Source: a virus
Strand: one strand, 5' to 3'
Virus record (IMG/VR): IMGVR_UViG_3300032308_001681
Coordinates: 30,542 to 94,541 of that record
Length of the DNA stretch: 64,000 nucleotides
Below the pieces are notes generated by a model. It was not told the DNA's origin and did not search any database. It was given only the letters and a program-made list of their open reading frames with translations. Positions 1 to 10,387 of the stretch are shown piece by piece. The position numbers and the translations under genes were made by a program. Each line of letters opens with the position of its first letter. Position 1 is the first letter of the stretch.

Positions 1-2
1 AG

Positions 3-425
3 ACCGTTAAAGTAAACAAGCTTTACCGTACTGGTGGGGCAGAAATCCCAGCCACTCTAACTGGAGCCGTAAATGAAATCTTTGTGCTGCGGGGAGCTGA
101 CGCAGCAAAGGTTACCTTTAACGTTGCGAGCCCCGTTTCTACGTTGTCTGGATTGACAATCTTTAACGGAACAACCGCAATTACTCTGAGCCCCTCGTTT
201 AGCGGAACAACCACCAGCTACACCGCAACTGCAACGGGTGCGACCACCTTGCTGGTAACGCCAACAAGCGGTTTCAACTCCAGCATTGCGGTCGGCAACG
301 TCCTCACTAGTTCGGGAGCAACGCGGCCGGTAGCGGTGTCTGGGGCAACGTACAACCTTGTAGTTACCAGCGTTTCCGCGGACGGGTCGTCTACGACTAC
401 TTACACAGTCGTTGTTACCCTCTAG
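3..425 (+). CDS. C-terminal part of a virion/baseplate protein with cadherin-like beta-sandwich domain (5'-truncated)
   Basis: Frame open from window start; 'LSPSFSGTTTSYTAT...VTSVSADGSSTTTYTV' resembles cadherin-like beta-sandwich; upstream of gp5-like gene. Confidence 0.6.
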   Translation, partial: TVKVNKLYRTGGAEIPATLTGAVNEIFVLRGADAAKVTFNVASPVSTLSGLTIFNGTTAITLSPSFSGTTTSYTATATGATTLLVTPTSGFNSSIAVGNVLTSSGATRPVAVSGATYNLVVTSVSADGSSTTTYTVVVTL

Positions 426-434
426 TAGGTTCTT

Positions 435-2381
435 ATGCAGGTAGACAGTTATGGGAACCGCAGGTTCTACGGCCTTTACCGAGGCGTAGTAGTTGAAAAT
501 GCCGACCCATTAAGCCAAAACAGGGTCAAGGTACGGGTTCCGCAGGTCCTGTTTGACGCCACTACTGACTGGGCTTGGGTTCAACAAGCCCATGGAGTTC
601 AGGTAGACCCGCCAGAAATTGGCCAAGGTGTCTGGGTACAGTTTGAGGGGGGCGACCCGTCATTCCCTGTCTGGGTTGGTACATTTGCCGATACGGCTAA
701 GTTAAAACTTGCGTTAAATGACCTTACAGACGTCAACACTGCTGGAGTTACTAACGGGCAAACCATTGTTTACCAAGCTTCGTCTAGCTCTTGGATTCCC
801 GGAGCGGGGGCTCAAGGTGCACAGGGTCCGCAGGGGGCTCAAGGTGCACAGGGTCCGCAGGGTACCCAAGGCACACAGGGGGCACAAGGTGCCCAAGGAG
901 CCGCCTCTACGGTAGCCGGACCGCAGGGCTCACAGGGACCGCAGGGGACTGTAGGACCTCAAGGTACGCAAGGCCCACAAGGTGCTCAAGGTGCGACGGG
1001 TACGCAAGGACCTCAAGGTGTTCAAGGTTCTCAGGGTGCTACTGGCTCTCAAGGTCCCCAAGGAACACAGGGGGCACAAGGCTCTCAAGGCTCACAAGGT
1101 CCTCAGGGACCTCAAGGAACGCAAGGTCCGCAGGGAAGTCAAGGAGCAGCATCTACAGTTGCCGGACCTCAAGGACCGCAGGGGAGTACTGGACCTCAAG
1201 GTACGCAAGGTCCACAAGGTTCGACCGGTTCTACGGGTGCTGGTGGTGCGCTTGGTTATTGGGGCAGTTTTTGGTCTACAAGCACTCAAACAACAGCCAG
1301 CTCTTCAGCCGTAAACGCGGTTACGCTAAACACAACTGACCCAGACTCAAACGGCGTTTCTATAGCATCGTCTTCTCGTGTGACGTTTGCGTACTCTGGA
1401 ACGTATAACGTACAGTTTTCTGCTCAAGTACACGAGCCTTCAAACGGCTCACCTAGTATTGACTTCTGGCTACGGCTTAATGGGACAAACATTCCAGAAA
1501 CAACCGGAACAGTAAACCTCAGTAATCAAATGCCGTATGCGATGGCCGCGTGGAATTACATCTTAGATTTATCTGCTGGTGATTACCTTGAGCTTATGTG
1601 GGCCGCGGATTCGACGAATCCTCGTCTGGAATACAAAGCCGCTCAAACAACCCCTCATGTGGCTCCTGCTACTCCTTCAGTCATACTTACTGCTCAACAA
1701 GTTATGTACACTCAGCTTGGACCGCAGGGGGCGCAGGGGTCTCAGGGTCCTCAAGGAGTGCAGGGTTCTCAAGGAACACAGGGGGTGCAGGGGTCTCAAG
1801 GAACACAAGGAACACAAGGACCACAAGGTGCACAGGGTCCGCAAGGCTCACAGGGTCCTCAAGGAGTGGGAGTACCCGCAGGAGGTACTGCGGGTCAATT
1901 TCTTACAAAAGTTAGTGCGACAAACTATGACACTCAGTGGTCGAACCTTCCCACGGGCTCCGTTATTCAAGTTCTCTCCACCGCAAAGACGACCGTTTTT
2001 TCTACAACGTCCACGTCTATTGTAGATGTGACGGGTATGTCGGTGACCATCACGCCAAAGTCAACAAGTAGCACTATCCTCGTTATGGTGAATTTTCTAC
2101 AGAGCACCAACAACACAGCTACTACAAACTCATTTCGCATCATTCGTGGTTCAACCAGTATCGGCGCAACTGGTTCAACGTATTACTCAAGTCCCTTTCA
2201 GGGCGGTCTTACAGGTTATTGGATGGCACTAACTTTTCTTGACTCACCAGCGTCAACTAGCGCACTTACTTACAAACTTTCTATGTTGACCGGTGCCTCA
2301 ACCACCGGCTATGTAGGCGCGTACTCCCAAAACACGGGCTTGCCGTCAACGTCAACAATTACAGTTATGGAGGTTGCATAG
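435..2381 (+). CDS. gp5/Vgr OB-fold baseplate spike domain fused to collagen-like tail fibre
   Basis: N-term '[27 protein letters not shown]...WA...[23 protein letters not shown]' typical of gp5/Vgr OB-fold; two G-X-Q tracts; beta-rich C-terminal domains. Confidence 0.85.
   Translation: MQVDSYGNRRFYGLYRGVVVENADPLSQNRVKVRVPQVLFDATTDWAWVQQAHGVQVDPPEIGQGVWVQFEGGDPSFPVWVGTFADTAKLKLALNDLTDVNTAGVTNGQTIVYQASSSSWIPGAGAQGAQGPQGAQGAQGPQGTQGTQGAQGAQGAASTVAGPQGSQGPQGTVGPQGTQGPQGAQGATGTQGPQGVQGSQGATGSQGPQGTQGAQGSQGSQGPQGPQGTQGPQGSQGAASTVAGPQGPQGSTGPQGTQGPQGSTGSTGAGGALGYWGSFWSTSTQTTASSSAVNAVTLNTTDPDSNGVSIASSSRVTFAYSGTYNVQFSAQVHEPSNGSPSIDFWLRLNGTNIPETTGTVNLSNQMPYAMAAWNYILDLSAGDYLELMWAADSTNPRLEYKAAQTTPHVAPATPSVILTAQQVMYTQLGPQGAQGSQGPQGVQGSQGTQGVQGSQGTQGTQGPQGAQGPQGSQGPQGVGVPAGGTAGQFLTKVSATNYDTQWSNLPTGSVIQVLSTAKTTVFSTTSTSIVDVTGMSVTITPKSTSSTILVMVNFLQSTNNTATTNSFRIIRGSTSIGATGSTYYSSPFQGGLTGYWMALTFLDSPASTSALTYKLSMLTGASTTGYVGAYSQNTGLPSTSTITVMEVA
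807..1250 (+). repeat. collagen-like (Gly-X-Gln)n coding repeat, tract 1
   Basis: 9-bp periodic [12 protein letters not shown] codons, with two AASTVA interruptions. Confidence 0.9.
1719..1866 (+). repeat. collagen-like (Gly-X-Gln)n coding repeat, tract 2
   Basis: GPQGAQGSQ... triplets. Confidence 0.9.
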
Positions 2382-2662
2382 TGGTCGACATTCAGACCGT
2401 CCTAAACCGAATTCGCCCCGGTGCTGAGTGGACATTGGACGGGGACTCTTATGAAGGCCTTACTTGGCTAGATGACTCACCTAAGCCAACCGCAGAAGAA
2501 GTCGACGAGGCTTTCCCCGTTGTCGCTGAGCAAATTGCCGCAGAAGAACAGGCTGCCAAAGATGCCGCCCAAGAACTTGAAGAGCAGCGCGCTTCTGCTA
2601 TGGCAAAACTAGCTATGCTTGGTCTAACCCCCGAAGAAGTCCGCGCTGTAATCGGTTTGTAA
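2381..2662 (+). CDS. tail fibre chaperone-like small protein (XkdW-like)
   Basis: 'RPGAEWTLDGD..YEGLTW..KPT' plus 'KLAMLGLTPEE'; directly follows the fibre gene. Confidence 0.55.
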   Translation: MVDIQTVLNRIRPGAEWTLDGDSYEGLTWLDDSPKPTAEEVDEAFPVVAEQIAAEEQAAKDAAQELEEQRASAMAKLAMLGLTPEEVRAVIGL

Positions 2663-2700
2663 GGCAAAAAGTTTAGCTAACCCACTAGGCTGGTCTTACT

Positions 2701-3468
2701 ATGATATCGGTCATTACACCCACATATAACACACCGCCAGATGTACTTGCCCGCACATGGGCATCGCTTAAGTCTCAAACCTATAAGGATTGGGAATGGG
2801 TTATCTGGGATGACTCTACTGTTCCAGAGACATGGGCGCAGATTTACGGTTTCGCTTCTGATGAGCGCTTTAAGATAACTGCGCATCGGTCCCACGTCCA
2901 CTCCGGCTCTATCGGGGAAGTCAAGCGCCGAGGCTTTATGGTGGCGGAAGGCGACATTCTTGTTGAACTTGACCATGACGACGAATTGACCCCCGATGCT
3001 CTTGAGTTAATTGCCAAAGAGTTTGAGGCAGAAAATATCGGGTTTGTCTACTCTGACTGGACAGAAATACTTGCTGATGGTCAATCTGGAAAATACCCTG
3101 ACGGCTGGGCTTTTGGCTATGGGCAGCACTATTGGGATGACGACCTACAGCTGTGGGGCTCCCGTGTTGCGGAGATTAACTCGACTACCTTAGGGCACAT
3201 CGTGTCCGCGCCCAACCACGTCCGTGCATGGCGCGCATCTGTTTACCGCGAACTTGGCGGGCACAACCCGCAGTTGGAGATTGCCGATGACTATGAGCTG
3301 GTTGTACGTACAGCCCTTGTGACTGACTTTTCACATATCCCCAAGGTAATTTACAAGCAGCACGTAGGTGCGCACACTGCTCAACGTAAGCAGAATGAAA
3401 AAATTCAACAGTATGTTGCAGAGATTTCTGCCCAGTACAAGGACGCCATTGAAGAGGCTCTTGCCTAG
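2701..3468 (+). CDS. glycosyltransferase family 2
   Basis: 'MISVITPTYN', 'EWVIWDDS', 'LDHDDEL', 'ADDYEL' GT-A motifs. Confidence 0.9.
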   Translation: MISVITPTYNTPPDVLARTWASLKSQTYKDWEWVIWDDSTVPETWAQIYGFASDERFKITAHRSHVHSGSIGEVKRRGFMVAEGDILVELDHDDELTPDALELIAKEFEAENIGFVYSDWTEILADGQSGKYPDGWAFGYGQHYWDDDLQLWGSRVAEINSTTLGHIVSAPNHVRAWRASVYRELGGHNPQLEIADDYELVVRTALVTDFSHIPKVIYKQHVGAHTAQRKQNEKIQQYVAEISAQYKDAIEEALA

Positions 3469-3530
3469 CCTTTGCCCTATATCTGCCTAGGTATTCCGGC
3501 AGAATAGAAGTAAGACTTTAAGGAGACACT

Positions 3531-3977
3531 GTGGCTAATTACCCCGCTGGGCCAATTTCGTTTACCAATAAGGTAGACGGTGTAGACGCGGTTGTTGCGG
3601 CGGATGTTAACGTTGTCTACGGTGAGGCGGCTGCACTTGGCCTTGAACTTGGGCTTAACCCAAGGCAGAGGTCTTCAAGCACATGGCTAACTACATGGAC
3701 GTCGAGCGGAAACGCCGCACACACTGACGTAAAGTCACGGTTAGATAACGTAGAGAATGGCGCATTTCGAGCCAACACACTCCTTGTCAGCAACGTAGGT
3801 GGCTCAAGCATTGTTGCCTCGGCCGCAAACGTCAAGGGGCTCGTCATTGCCGGTGCAACTAGCCAGTCCGCTAATCTTTTGGAGCTCAAAGCAACTTCAG
3901 CCGGAGACCCTGTGACACTTGTTACTCACGAAGGCAAGTTCATTACGCAAAACATCGATGGCGGAACATCTGCCTAA
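3531..3977 (+). CDS. putative virion structural protein
   Basis: SD AAGGAG, 'ANYP..ISFTNKVDGVDAVVAADVN' N-terminus typical of phage tail-associated proteins. Confidence 0.5.
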   Translation: MANYPAGPISFTNKVDGVDAVVAADVNVVYGEAAALGLELGLNPRQRSSSTWLTTWTSSGNAAHTDVKSRLDNVENGAFRANTLLVSNVGGSSIVASAANVKGLVIAGATSQSANLLELKATSAGDPVTLVTHEGKFITQNIDGGTSA

Positions 3978-3992
3978 TAGGAGCACGCCATA

Positions 3993-6368
3993 ATGGCACG
4001 GTATAACTCATTTATATACAACACGAGTGTTCTTTATGGAGACACCTCAGGAACAACCTATGGGATTGAGCCCTTTGAAGTTCGCGCAATTAATTACGAC
4101 AATATAGTCGTTTCTTGGCAGCAACCTGTAAACGTTCCTGTTACTAGTCCGTATACCCGCTTCCGTATTGTTAGAAGCCATACGCATCCTCCGGAAACAC
4201 AAGAAGACGGCATCATCATCGTAGACGTCGAAGCCCCGTTTAACTCTGGACTTACGCGAGTTATTGACGGTGTGTCTAGAGAGGGGACTGCTTCAAAGAC
4301 GGTTTATTTTACGGACCATCGTGAAAGTGTTCCTTTCTCTACAATAAACACCCGTGCCATTGCTCCGGGTAGAATAATCTACTACGCTGCATGGATTCTT
4401 CGTACAGATGGCGGGAATACCCTGTGGTACCGTGCAGGTGTAGCGCAAACTCTTCTTGCTAAATCGCACGATACACTTTTGGCCAACACCGACGATGAAT
4501 TACTAAACAGCACGTCACGTACGCGTACACGTACGACACATGAAAAAATGATGGAACTGCTTCCACGAGTGTACACAACCGCCAGTCAAAGTCCGCTCGA
4601 TGTTGTAGATGAAGGAAGCGACCTGTACTTGTTTATGCAAGGGCTGGCTTACTCTTACGATGAGGCGATGACCTACGCAGATTTGCTTTTGCCAAACCAT
4701 ACAGCAGAAAACTTCTCTAAAGAGATAGTTGACTCAAAAGCTTACGAGCTTGCACTTATGCCTGATAGTCAAGGCTCGCTTAAAACACAGCGCGCTCTTG
4801 TGCGAGAGTCTCGGTATATTTACACTCGAAAAGGAACTGCCCTAGCGTTAGGTACTTTGATTGAGGCAATGACGGGGTATAACGCCTCCATTATTGACTT
4901 CACAAACTACATGGCTAATCAACAAGACAGCACATTTCGTGGAGGAATTGGTAGTTGGGTAGCGGGAGCAGGGGTGACTTTAACCGCCGACTTTGCGGAA
5001 GCGCCCCCTGTTCCAGAAGATTTTGACGGCGACCTGTCCAATGCTGCAACGTCTAGTGAGTACGCGTTAGACCGGTCATACTGCGGAAAAGTAGTCACTA
5101 CAGGTTCTAGCCAAGTTATCTCAAATGGAGTAACTGCACCAACTACTTTGGGTGTTCCGGTACGTGCGTCTACAAAATACCGTTTTTCTTTTTACGCAAA
5201 AAGGCTTTCTAGCTCAGCAAACATTACGCCAACCATAACTTGGTACGACTATAACGGAACGGTTATAGGAACTCCGGCAGCCAGTACTGCTGTTTCCGCC
5301 ACTACTAGCTGGGCCAAAAAAACTACGGACCTAACATCTCCGGCAGGTGCTGTATATGCGTCTATTAGTCTGTCTTTTGCATCCGCTGGAACGTATTATT
5401 TAGACGCAGTAATGTTTTCTCCTCGGTATACCGTGACTGCCGCATCGGCCAGCGGGGGAATCGTGACGTACACGTCAACCAACTCTTTAGTTTCTGGACA
5501 ACGTGTCTCTATTTCTGGGTTGTCTACCGCGGCGTTTAATCTAACAAACGTATTTGTAGAAGACGCTACAGCTACAGGGTTTACTGTACGAAACCCCGCT
5601 ACTGGAACCGCCGTTAGTGGGGCCACGGCAAACTGCGACCACCCTTACGAAGAGGCTCGAGTAGCCAATGTTCGAGTATCGGCGAATAAGGTTAACTATA
5701 TCTACAACCCGTCATTTGAAGCGAGCAGCACGGGATGGACAGCAACAAGCTCTAGTAGACCAACCGACAGTCCTCTTGGCCTTGTCGGTGGGACAAAATG
5801 TCTTCAAGCAACACTGTCTTCGGGCAACCCCATCAATACAACGACAACGGGTGGAGTAAGCTACGGGGGAGCACTTTTGGCGGGAAAATGGTACACATTT
5901 TCTATTTACGCCAAATCAACCGGAAGCACAGTAAACGCAAGCGTTTACTTAAAAGCAACTAGCGGAGCCAACTCCGTACAAACCCCAGCAAACCCTACGG
6001 CCGCGTATGCAACCGCGATAACTTCTTCTTGGGCAAGATATTCAGTTACTTTGTTTGTTCCCAGTAGCTACACAAACATTACCTTAGAAGCAGGAATTGT
6101 AGGTACTACTGGAACCATCCGCGTAGATGCGGCTCAACTAGAGCCGAGTTATCTGCCTACGGATTACTTTGATGGCAACTACATCATTGGCGGTGCAGAG
6201 TGGGAGGGAGGCAATGCAAACATCCACAATGCAATCTCTTACCTGTATGTCAACAAACCGTTTAGATTCCCACGACTTGTTGAAGAAATGAAAATGTACT
6301 TGCCTTCAAACACCCCCTATACGGTTGAAACCGTAGAGGGTGTCGAGTTTTCTGGATTTTCATCGTAG
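3993..6368 (+). CDS. baseplate wedge/tail protein with carbohydrate-binding-like domains
   Basis: 'LLPRVY...RKGT..ALGTLIEAMTG' (P2 gpI-like) followed by two 'N.SFE...GW...YTFS.YAK...DA.QLE' beta domains. Confidence 0.65.
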   Translation: MARYNSFIYNTSVLYGDTSGTTYGIEPFEVRAINYDNIVVSWQQPVNVPVTSPYTRFRIVRSHTHPPETQEDGIIIVDVEAPFNSGLTRVIDGVSREGTASKTVYFTDHRESVPFSTINTRAIAPGRIIYYAAWILRTDGGNTLWYRAGVAQTLLAKSHDTLLANTDDELLNSTSRTRTRTTHEKMMELLPRVYTTASQSPLDVVDEGSDLYLFMQGLAYSYDEAMTYADLLLPNHTAENFSKEIVDSKAYELALMPDSQGSLKTQRALVRESRYIYTRKGTALALGTLIEAMTGYNASIIDFTNYMANQQDSTFRGGIGSWVAGAGVTLTADFAEAPPVPEDFDGDLSNAATSSEYALDRSYCGKVVTTGSSQVISNGVTAPTTLGVPVRASTKYRFSFYAKRLSSSANITPTITWYDYNGTVIGTPAASTAVSATTSWAKKTTDLTSPAGAVYASISLSFASAGTYYLDAVMFSPRYTVTAASASGGIVTYTSTNSLVSGQRVSISGLSTAAFNLTNVFVEDATATGFTVRNPATGTAVSGATANCDHPYEEARVANVRVSANKVNYIYNPSFEASSTGWTATSSSRPTDSPLGLVGGTKCLQATLSSGNPINTTTTGGVSYGGALLAGKWYTFSIYAKSTGSTVNASVYLKATSGANSVQTPANPTAAYATAITSSWARYSVTLFVPSSYTNITLEAGIVGTTGTIRVDAAQLEPSYLPTDYFDGNYIIGGAEWEGGNANIHNAISYLYVNKPFRFPRLVEEMKMYLPSNTPYTVETVEGVEFSGFSS

Positions 6369-6377
6369 ACTGACTAC

Positions 6378-6653
6378 ATGGATATACTTATTAGCATTTT
6401 CATTTCTAGTTTGGCCGTCGGTTTTTTTGTAGAGGTTATTGCAACTGCATTAAACGGATACGTGACAATTCCTGCAGGCATTAAAGGAATTATTGCCGCT
6501 GGCCTGTCTGTTCTTTCGTGCTGGATTTTAGGTGTTTCTGGATGGACACTTGTAATCGGCGGGTTTGCTTCAGCCTTTATTTACATTTCAATACTGCGTT
6601 GGCTTGACCGTCCAGTACAAATTCAGCAAGTCATGTCGCGCAGACTTCAGTAA
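6378..6653 (+). CDS. small membrane protein
   Basis: About three hydrophobic segments; TAGACT-N6-ATG leaderless-type start. Confidence 0.6.
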   Translation: MDILISIFISSLAVGFFVEVIATALNGYVTIPAGIKGIIAAGLSVLSCWILGVSGWTLVIGGFASAFIYISILRWLDRPVQIQQVMSRRLQ

Positions 6654-6683
6654 TGGTATACGCTTAGTGCCGCGAGGAGGCAT

Positions 6684-7670
6684 ATGCAATTACCATCTGA
6701 ATTTTTCAGTGCAGAGCTGACCCCAACGGAGTTCCGTGTGGCGGTTGGTATGTTCCATTTGTCAACACCTACCGGAAAGGTAGATGTCACCATGGAAGAG
6801 CTTGGCGTGCTCACAGGTTACGGCCGTGAAGCACTTCGTCGCGCCATTCGCCGGATGGAAGAACTCGGCTTTCTGGAGACTACTCGTACCAAACGTAATC
6901 TTGGAAAGTATCACAAAAACGCGTACCAGTTCTTGTTACCATGCCTCCAGCCAGAGGCATCAGAGACTGTACCATGCCTCCCACCAGAGGCATCAACAGC
7001 TGATGAGGTGACAGCTGGTACAGATATACCAGTAAGTACTAGTAATACCAGTACAAGAAATACTTCGTATTTCTTGGTACGCGCCGGGGGCGCGACTCGA
7101 GAGGAGATTGTTGTGGGCCGATGGAACCCTGAGGAAGACGAAGGCATTGCCGGATTTGGTTTGTTCGAAGATGAGATGGAGGCTGGTCAGCCAAAGCCCA
7201 AAGCGGATAAGCGCGACAGCAAGACTCGTGGGCAGCGGACCCGCTCTGAATGGACTGCGAATGACGTGGCTACGGAGTTTTCCCAAAAGCTGGGACGAAA
7301 GCTGCCCTACACCGCTGGCATGGTCAACGTCGGTAAGATTCGCGGTGCTTTAGCGTCTTATCGAAAGAATTATCGAACGAATGCCGACATTGAGTTGGAA
7401 ATTATGGAAATGTTTTTCGATGACGCCCACATCATGCGGGTCGTTGATAAAGACCCCTACAAAGCCTCTAACATCTACCTCGGAATGTTCAAGTCCCATT
7501 TGCCAAAGGCCCTTGAAAACCTTGGTCACACAGGCTCTGCCATGGAAGTACACGAGCCTTCCGACACGCCAGAGTACATCTTCGCCAGCGATGGTCGCCG
7601 GTTTGACAATACTCTGGTTGGACGTAAGCTTGCCGAACGGCATGAAGAGCGCCTGAAGGGGAAAGTATGA
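6684..7670 (+). CDS. HTH replication initiator-like protein
   Basis: N-terminal winged HTH ('MEELGVLTGYGREALRRAIRRMEELGFL'); upstream of DnaC-like loader and DnaB; internal direct repeats. Confidence 0.65.
   Translation: MQLPSEFFSAELTPTEFRVAVGMFHLSTPTGKVDVTMEELGVLTGYGREALRRAIRRMEELGFLETTRTKRNLGKYHKNAYQFLLPCLQPEASETVPCLPPEASTADEVTAGTDIPVSTSNTSTRNTSYFLVRAGGATREEIVVGRWNPEEDEGIAGFGLFEDEMEAGQPKPKADKRDSKTRGQRTRSEWTANDVATEFSQKLGRKLPYTAGMVNVGKIRGALASYRKNYRTNADIELEIMEMFFDDAHIMRVVDKDPYKASNIYLGMFKSHLPKALENLGHTGSAMEVHEPSDTPEYIFASDGRRFDNTLVGRKLAERHEERLKGKV
6937..6995. repeat. two ~26-bp direct repeats (iteron-like), each containing a TGCCTC/GAGGCA palindrome
   Basis: TACCATGCCTCCagCCAGAGGCATCA and TACCATGCCTCCcaCCAGAGGCATCA, 33 bp apart. 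Confidence 0.7.
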
Positions 7671-8383
7671 CCTACCAAATTGGAGAGCTAGTCCCAATAA
7701 AGCGTTACTGGATAGCGCGCAACGGAAACATACCGGAGCGATTCTGGGGCCGCAATTTTGCAGACATCCAAAGAGACACCGGGCAAGAACTGCCGGATGT
7801 CAAGGACTGGGTGTCCGACCTGCTGGCCGGAAAGATTATCAAGAACCCCGGTGGCTTGGGCGAGACTGGTGTGGGAATCCTGCTGGAAGGTGACCCGGGC
7901 CGCGGTAAAACCACCACCGCAGTAACAACCATCATGGAGATTGTCCGACAGTTACCTGACGCTCCGGCCGACATTGCTAAAGTGTTTCACTACGCACCTA
8001 CTGACTGTGGGTTCAACACCCGTGGAGTGTACTACTTGACCATGCCCGACTTCATCAACCAGAAGAAGGCAGTATGGGATGCAGACCCTGATGAGAAGCG
8101 GGAGCTTCAGCGCGAGCTAGACGGGTTCTACGGGCGAGCCAAGGAGGACTGGCTAAACGTCCGCGTGCTTATCCTTGATGACCTTGGCAAGGAATATGGG
8201 TCGGAGTTCAACAAGGTTACCTTCGACGACATTCTCCGCGCTCGATACGACAAGGGAATGCCCACCATCATCACCACCAACAAGCCCTTGGCCCAATGGA
8301 AGAAAGATTATTCGGAGGCAATGCACTCTTTTGCCCGTGAAGCTTTTCGACGCGTTACACTAGAAGGTAAGGACCAACGCTGA
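7667..8383 (+). CDS. DnaC/IstB-like AAA+ helicase loader
   Basis: Walker A GDPGRGKT, Walker B LILDDLGKE, 'PTIITTN'. Confidence 0.85.
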   Translation: MTYQIGELVPIKRYWIARNGNIPERFWGRNFADIQRDTGQELPDVKDWVSDLLAGKIIKNPGGLGETGVGILLEGDPGRGKTTTAVTTIMEIVRQLPDAPADIAKVFHYAPTDCGFNTRGVYYLTMPDFINQKKAVWDADPDEKRELQRELDGFYGRAKEDWLNVRVLILDDLGKEYGSEFNKVTFDDILRARYDKGMPTIITTNKPLAQWKKDYSEAMHSFAREAFRRVTLEGKDQR

Positions 8384-8691
8384 TGAAAGGCTCAACCTCA
8401 ATGCCTGACTGGCGCACTATTCAAATCTTCCTTGAGGATGACGGTGTGTACGAGCTTGAAGCCGACTCAGAAGATTACCAAAAGATGCGCTGCAGTTGCT
8501 CCTTTTACAAAACCGGTAGACGGTGTAAGCACATACGCCACGTTCGTCGCCGTATTGAAGAGAACGACGGAACGTACGCCATTCAGATTCCCTCGACTGT
8601 AAACGACGAAGAAGTCATTGCGGCAATGAAAGACCGCGAACTCTTTCGAAAGTTTTTAATTGACAACGCCAAGATTGAAGTAATCGAGTGA
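8383..8691 (+). CDS. SWIM zinc-finger protein
   Basis: CSC...CKH motif. Confidence 0.7.
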   Translation: MKGSTSMPDWRTIQIFLEDDGVYELEADSEDYQKMRCSCSFYKTGRRCKHIRHVRRRIEENDGTYAIQIPSTVNDEEVIAAMKDRELFRKFLIDNAKIEVIE

Positions 8692-9107
8692 TAAATGGGG
8701 ACATCTCCAATGAGACTCCTCCCCGCCTCATTGTCAATATTGACACCGTAGTAACTTCGGAAATTGCCGAAGAACGTCGGCTTCTTGTTTCAACCAAATT
8801 AACTCGCCGTGTCCTTGGCCTAAACAACCCCGCATTGTCGTTTCTTTGGAATAAGTCAGCTAAGTTTGGGTTGTCCGTAGAACTGGCTGCTTTTGCAACT
8901 GACTTGTGGACACAGGAACACCTCGATAAGCTGATGGCTCGGCTGGATAGCCGTGGGGCTAACCCCTTCAACTATGCAGAACTGTACGACAGTATTGAAG
9001 ATTTCATCGGGGAACTTCCATATCGACCAAATCTAAAGGGTGTCATAGACATTCGAGACCGAGTTGCGCGGTATGGTTCTTGGGGCATTGAACTAGAGAA
9101 CTTGTAA
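8688..9107 (+). CDS. hypothetical protein, degenerate HAD-like fold
   Basis: 'LIVNIDTVV' resembles HAD motif I lacking the first Asp. Confidence 0.4.
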   Translation: MINGDISNETPPRLIVNIDTVVTSEIAEERRLLVSTKLTRRVLGLNNPALSFLWNKSAKFGLSVELAAFATDLWTQEHLDKLMARLDSRGANPFNYAELYDSIEDFIGELPYRPNLKGVIDIRDRVARYGSWGIELENL

Positions 9108-9121
9108 AAAGAGGGAACAAC

Positions 9122-10387
9122 ATGGCACACGATAACGAGTACCGACTAATCAGCAAGGTCATTGCAGACCGGCACATCATACCTGTCATAGAGGCCGGAC
9201 TTAAAGATGACTGGATTGTCGACGACGACCTACGCCGTGTCTGGAAGTTCACTCGCGAGCACTATGCAAAGTACCGCGAAGTTCCTACGTACACTTCTGT
9301 CAAAGATAACTTTCCCAACTTTCAAGCGCTCAATGTCGAGGACACCATTGAGTACCTTATCGACAAGATGGTGGAGTTTCGTCGACGTACCTTGACGCTT
9401 TCCGGCGTCAGTAAGATGGTCGACGAGTTGCAGGGTAACGACCACGAGTCCGCCATTCTGGAGATGTCGAAAACAGTAACGCTCATTAATGAGCAGGGCG
9501 TTATTGGTACACACCACATTGACTTGTCAAAAAACCCTGACGCTCGTTTTGAAGAGTACGAGAGTGTACAGAATCAAACACTGCTTGGCATACCTACCGG
9601 GTTTGCAAAGATTGACGACGCCACTGCCGGGTTGCAGGGCGGTCAGCTGATTACAATCATCGCTCCACCCAAGACTGGTAAGTCACAGATTGCCTTAAAG
9701 ATGGCTATCAACGTACACGAGGCCGGTAAGACTCCCATGTTCCAATCTTTTGAGATGAACAACCACGAGCAGGCTCAACGGCATGACGCAATGCGTGCGC
9801 ATATCTCTCACAAAAATCTTCGTCTAGGAAAGCTTCCCATCGTGGAGGAGCAGCGTTACCGCGACATGCTCAAAGCAATGGCCACGCGACACCCCTTTCA
9901 TCTCGTCGACGCCATCAACGGGTTGACCATTGACTCTTTGGTAGCCAAAGCAGAGCAACTGAAGCCCGACATCCTTTTCGTAGACGGCGTCTACCTGATG
10001 CTTGACCAAGTAACTGGTGAGGCCAACACACCACAGGCTTTGACCAACATCACCCGAGGTCTGAAGCGCGTAGCCCAGCGGTTGGACATTCCTGTGATTA
10101 TTACTACTCAGACTCTGCTGTGGAAGATGAAGGGCGGAAAGGTAACCGCGGACTCCATCGGGTACTCCTCGTCATTTTTCCAAGACTCCGATGTAATTCT
10201 TGGCCTCGAGCCGACTGCGGAAGAAGACGCTATGTCCCGAATCCTCAAGGTAGTCCAGTCTCGAAACTGTGGTCCGGTTGACGCCCTTTTGGTTTGGGAC
10301 TGGGAACGCGGGTGCTTTCACGATGAGGATGAGCGCAATACCTGTAAGTTCTGCGTTCCTTGGTCACCTACCATAGGAACCCCGTGA
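9122..10387 (+). CDS. dnaB: DnaB-like replicative helicase
   Basis: 'GIPTGF..ID..T.GLQGGQL..I.APPKTGKS', 'LFVDG', 'QDSDVIL'. Confidence 0.9.
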   Translation: MAHDNEYRLISKVIADRHIIPVIEAGLKDDWIVDDDLRRVWKFTREHYAKYREVPTYTSVKDNFPNFQALNVEDTIEYLIDKMVEFRRRTLTLSGVSKMVDELQGNDHESAILEMSKTVTLINEQGVIGTHHIDLSKNPDARFEEYESVQNQTLLGIPTGFAKIDDATAGLQGGQLITIIAPPKTGKSQIALKMAINVHEAGKTPMFQSFEMNNHEQAQRHDAMRAHISHKNLRLGKLPIVEEQRYRDMLKAMATRHPFHLVDAINGLTIDSLVAKAEQLKPDILFVDGVYLMLDQVTGEANTPQALTNITRGLKRVAQRLDIPVIITTQTLLWKMKGGKVTADSIGYSSSFFQDSDVILGLEPTAEEDAMSRILKVVQSRNCGPVDALLVWDWERGCFHDEDERNTCKFCVPWSPTIGTP

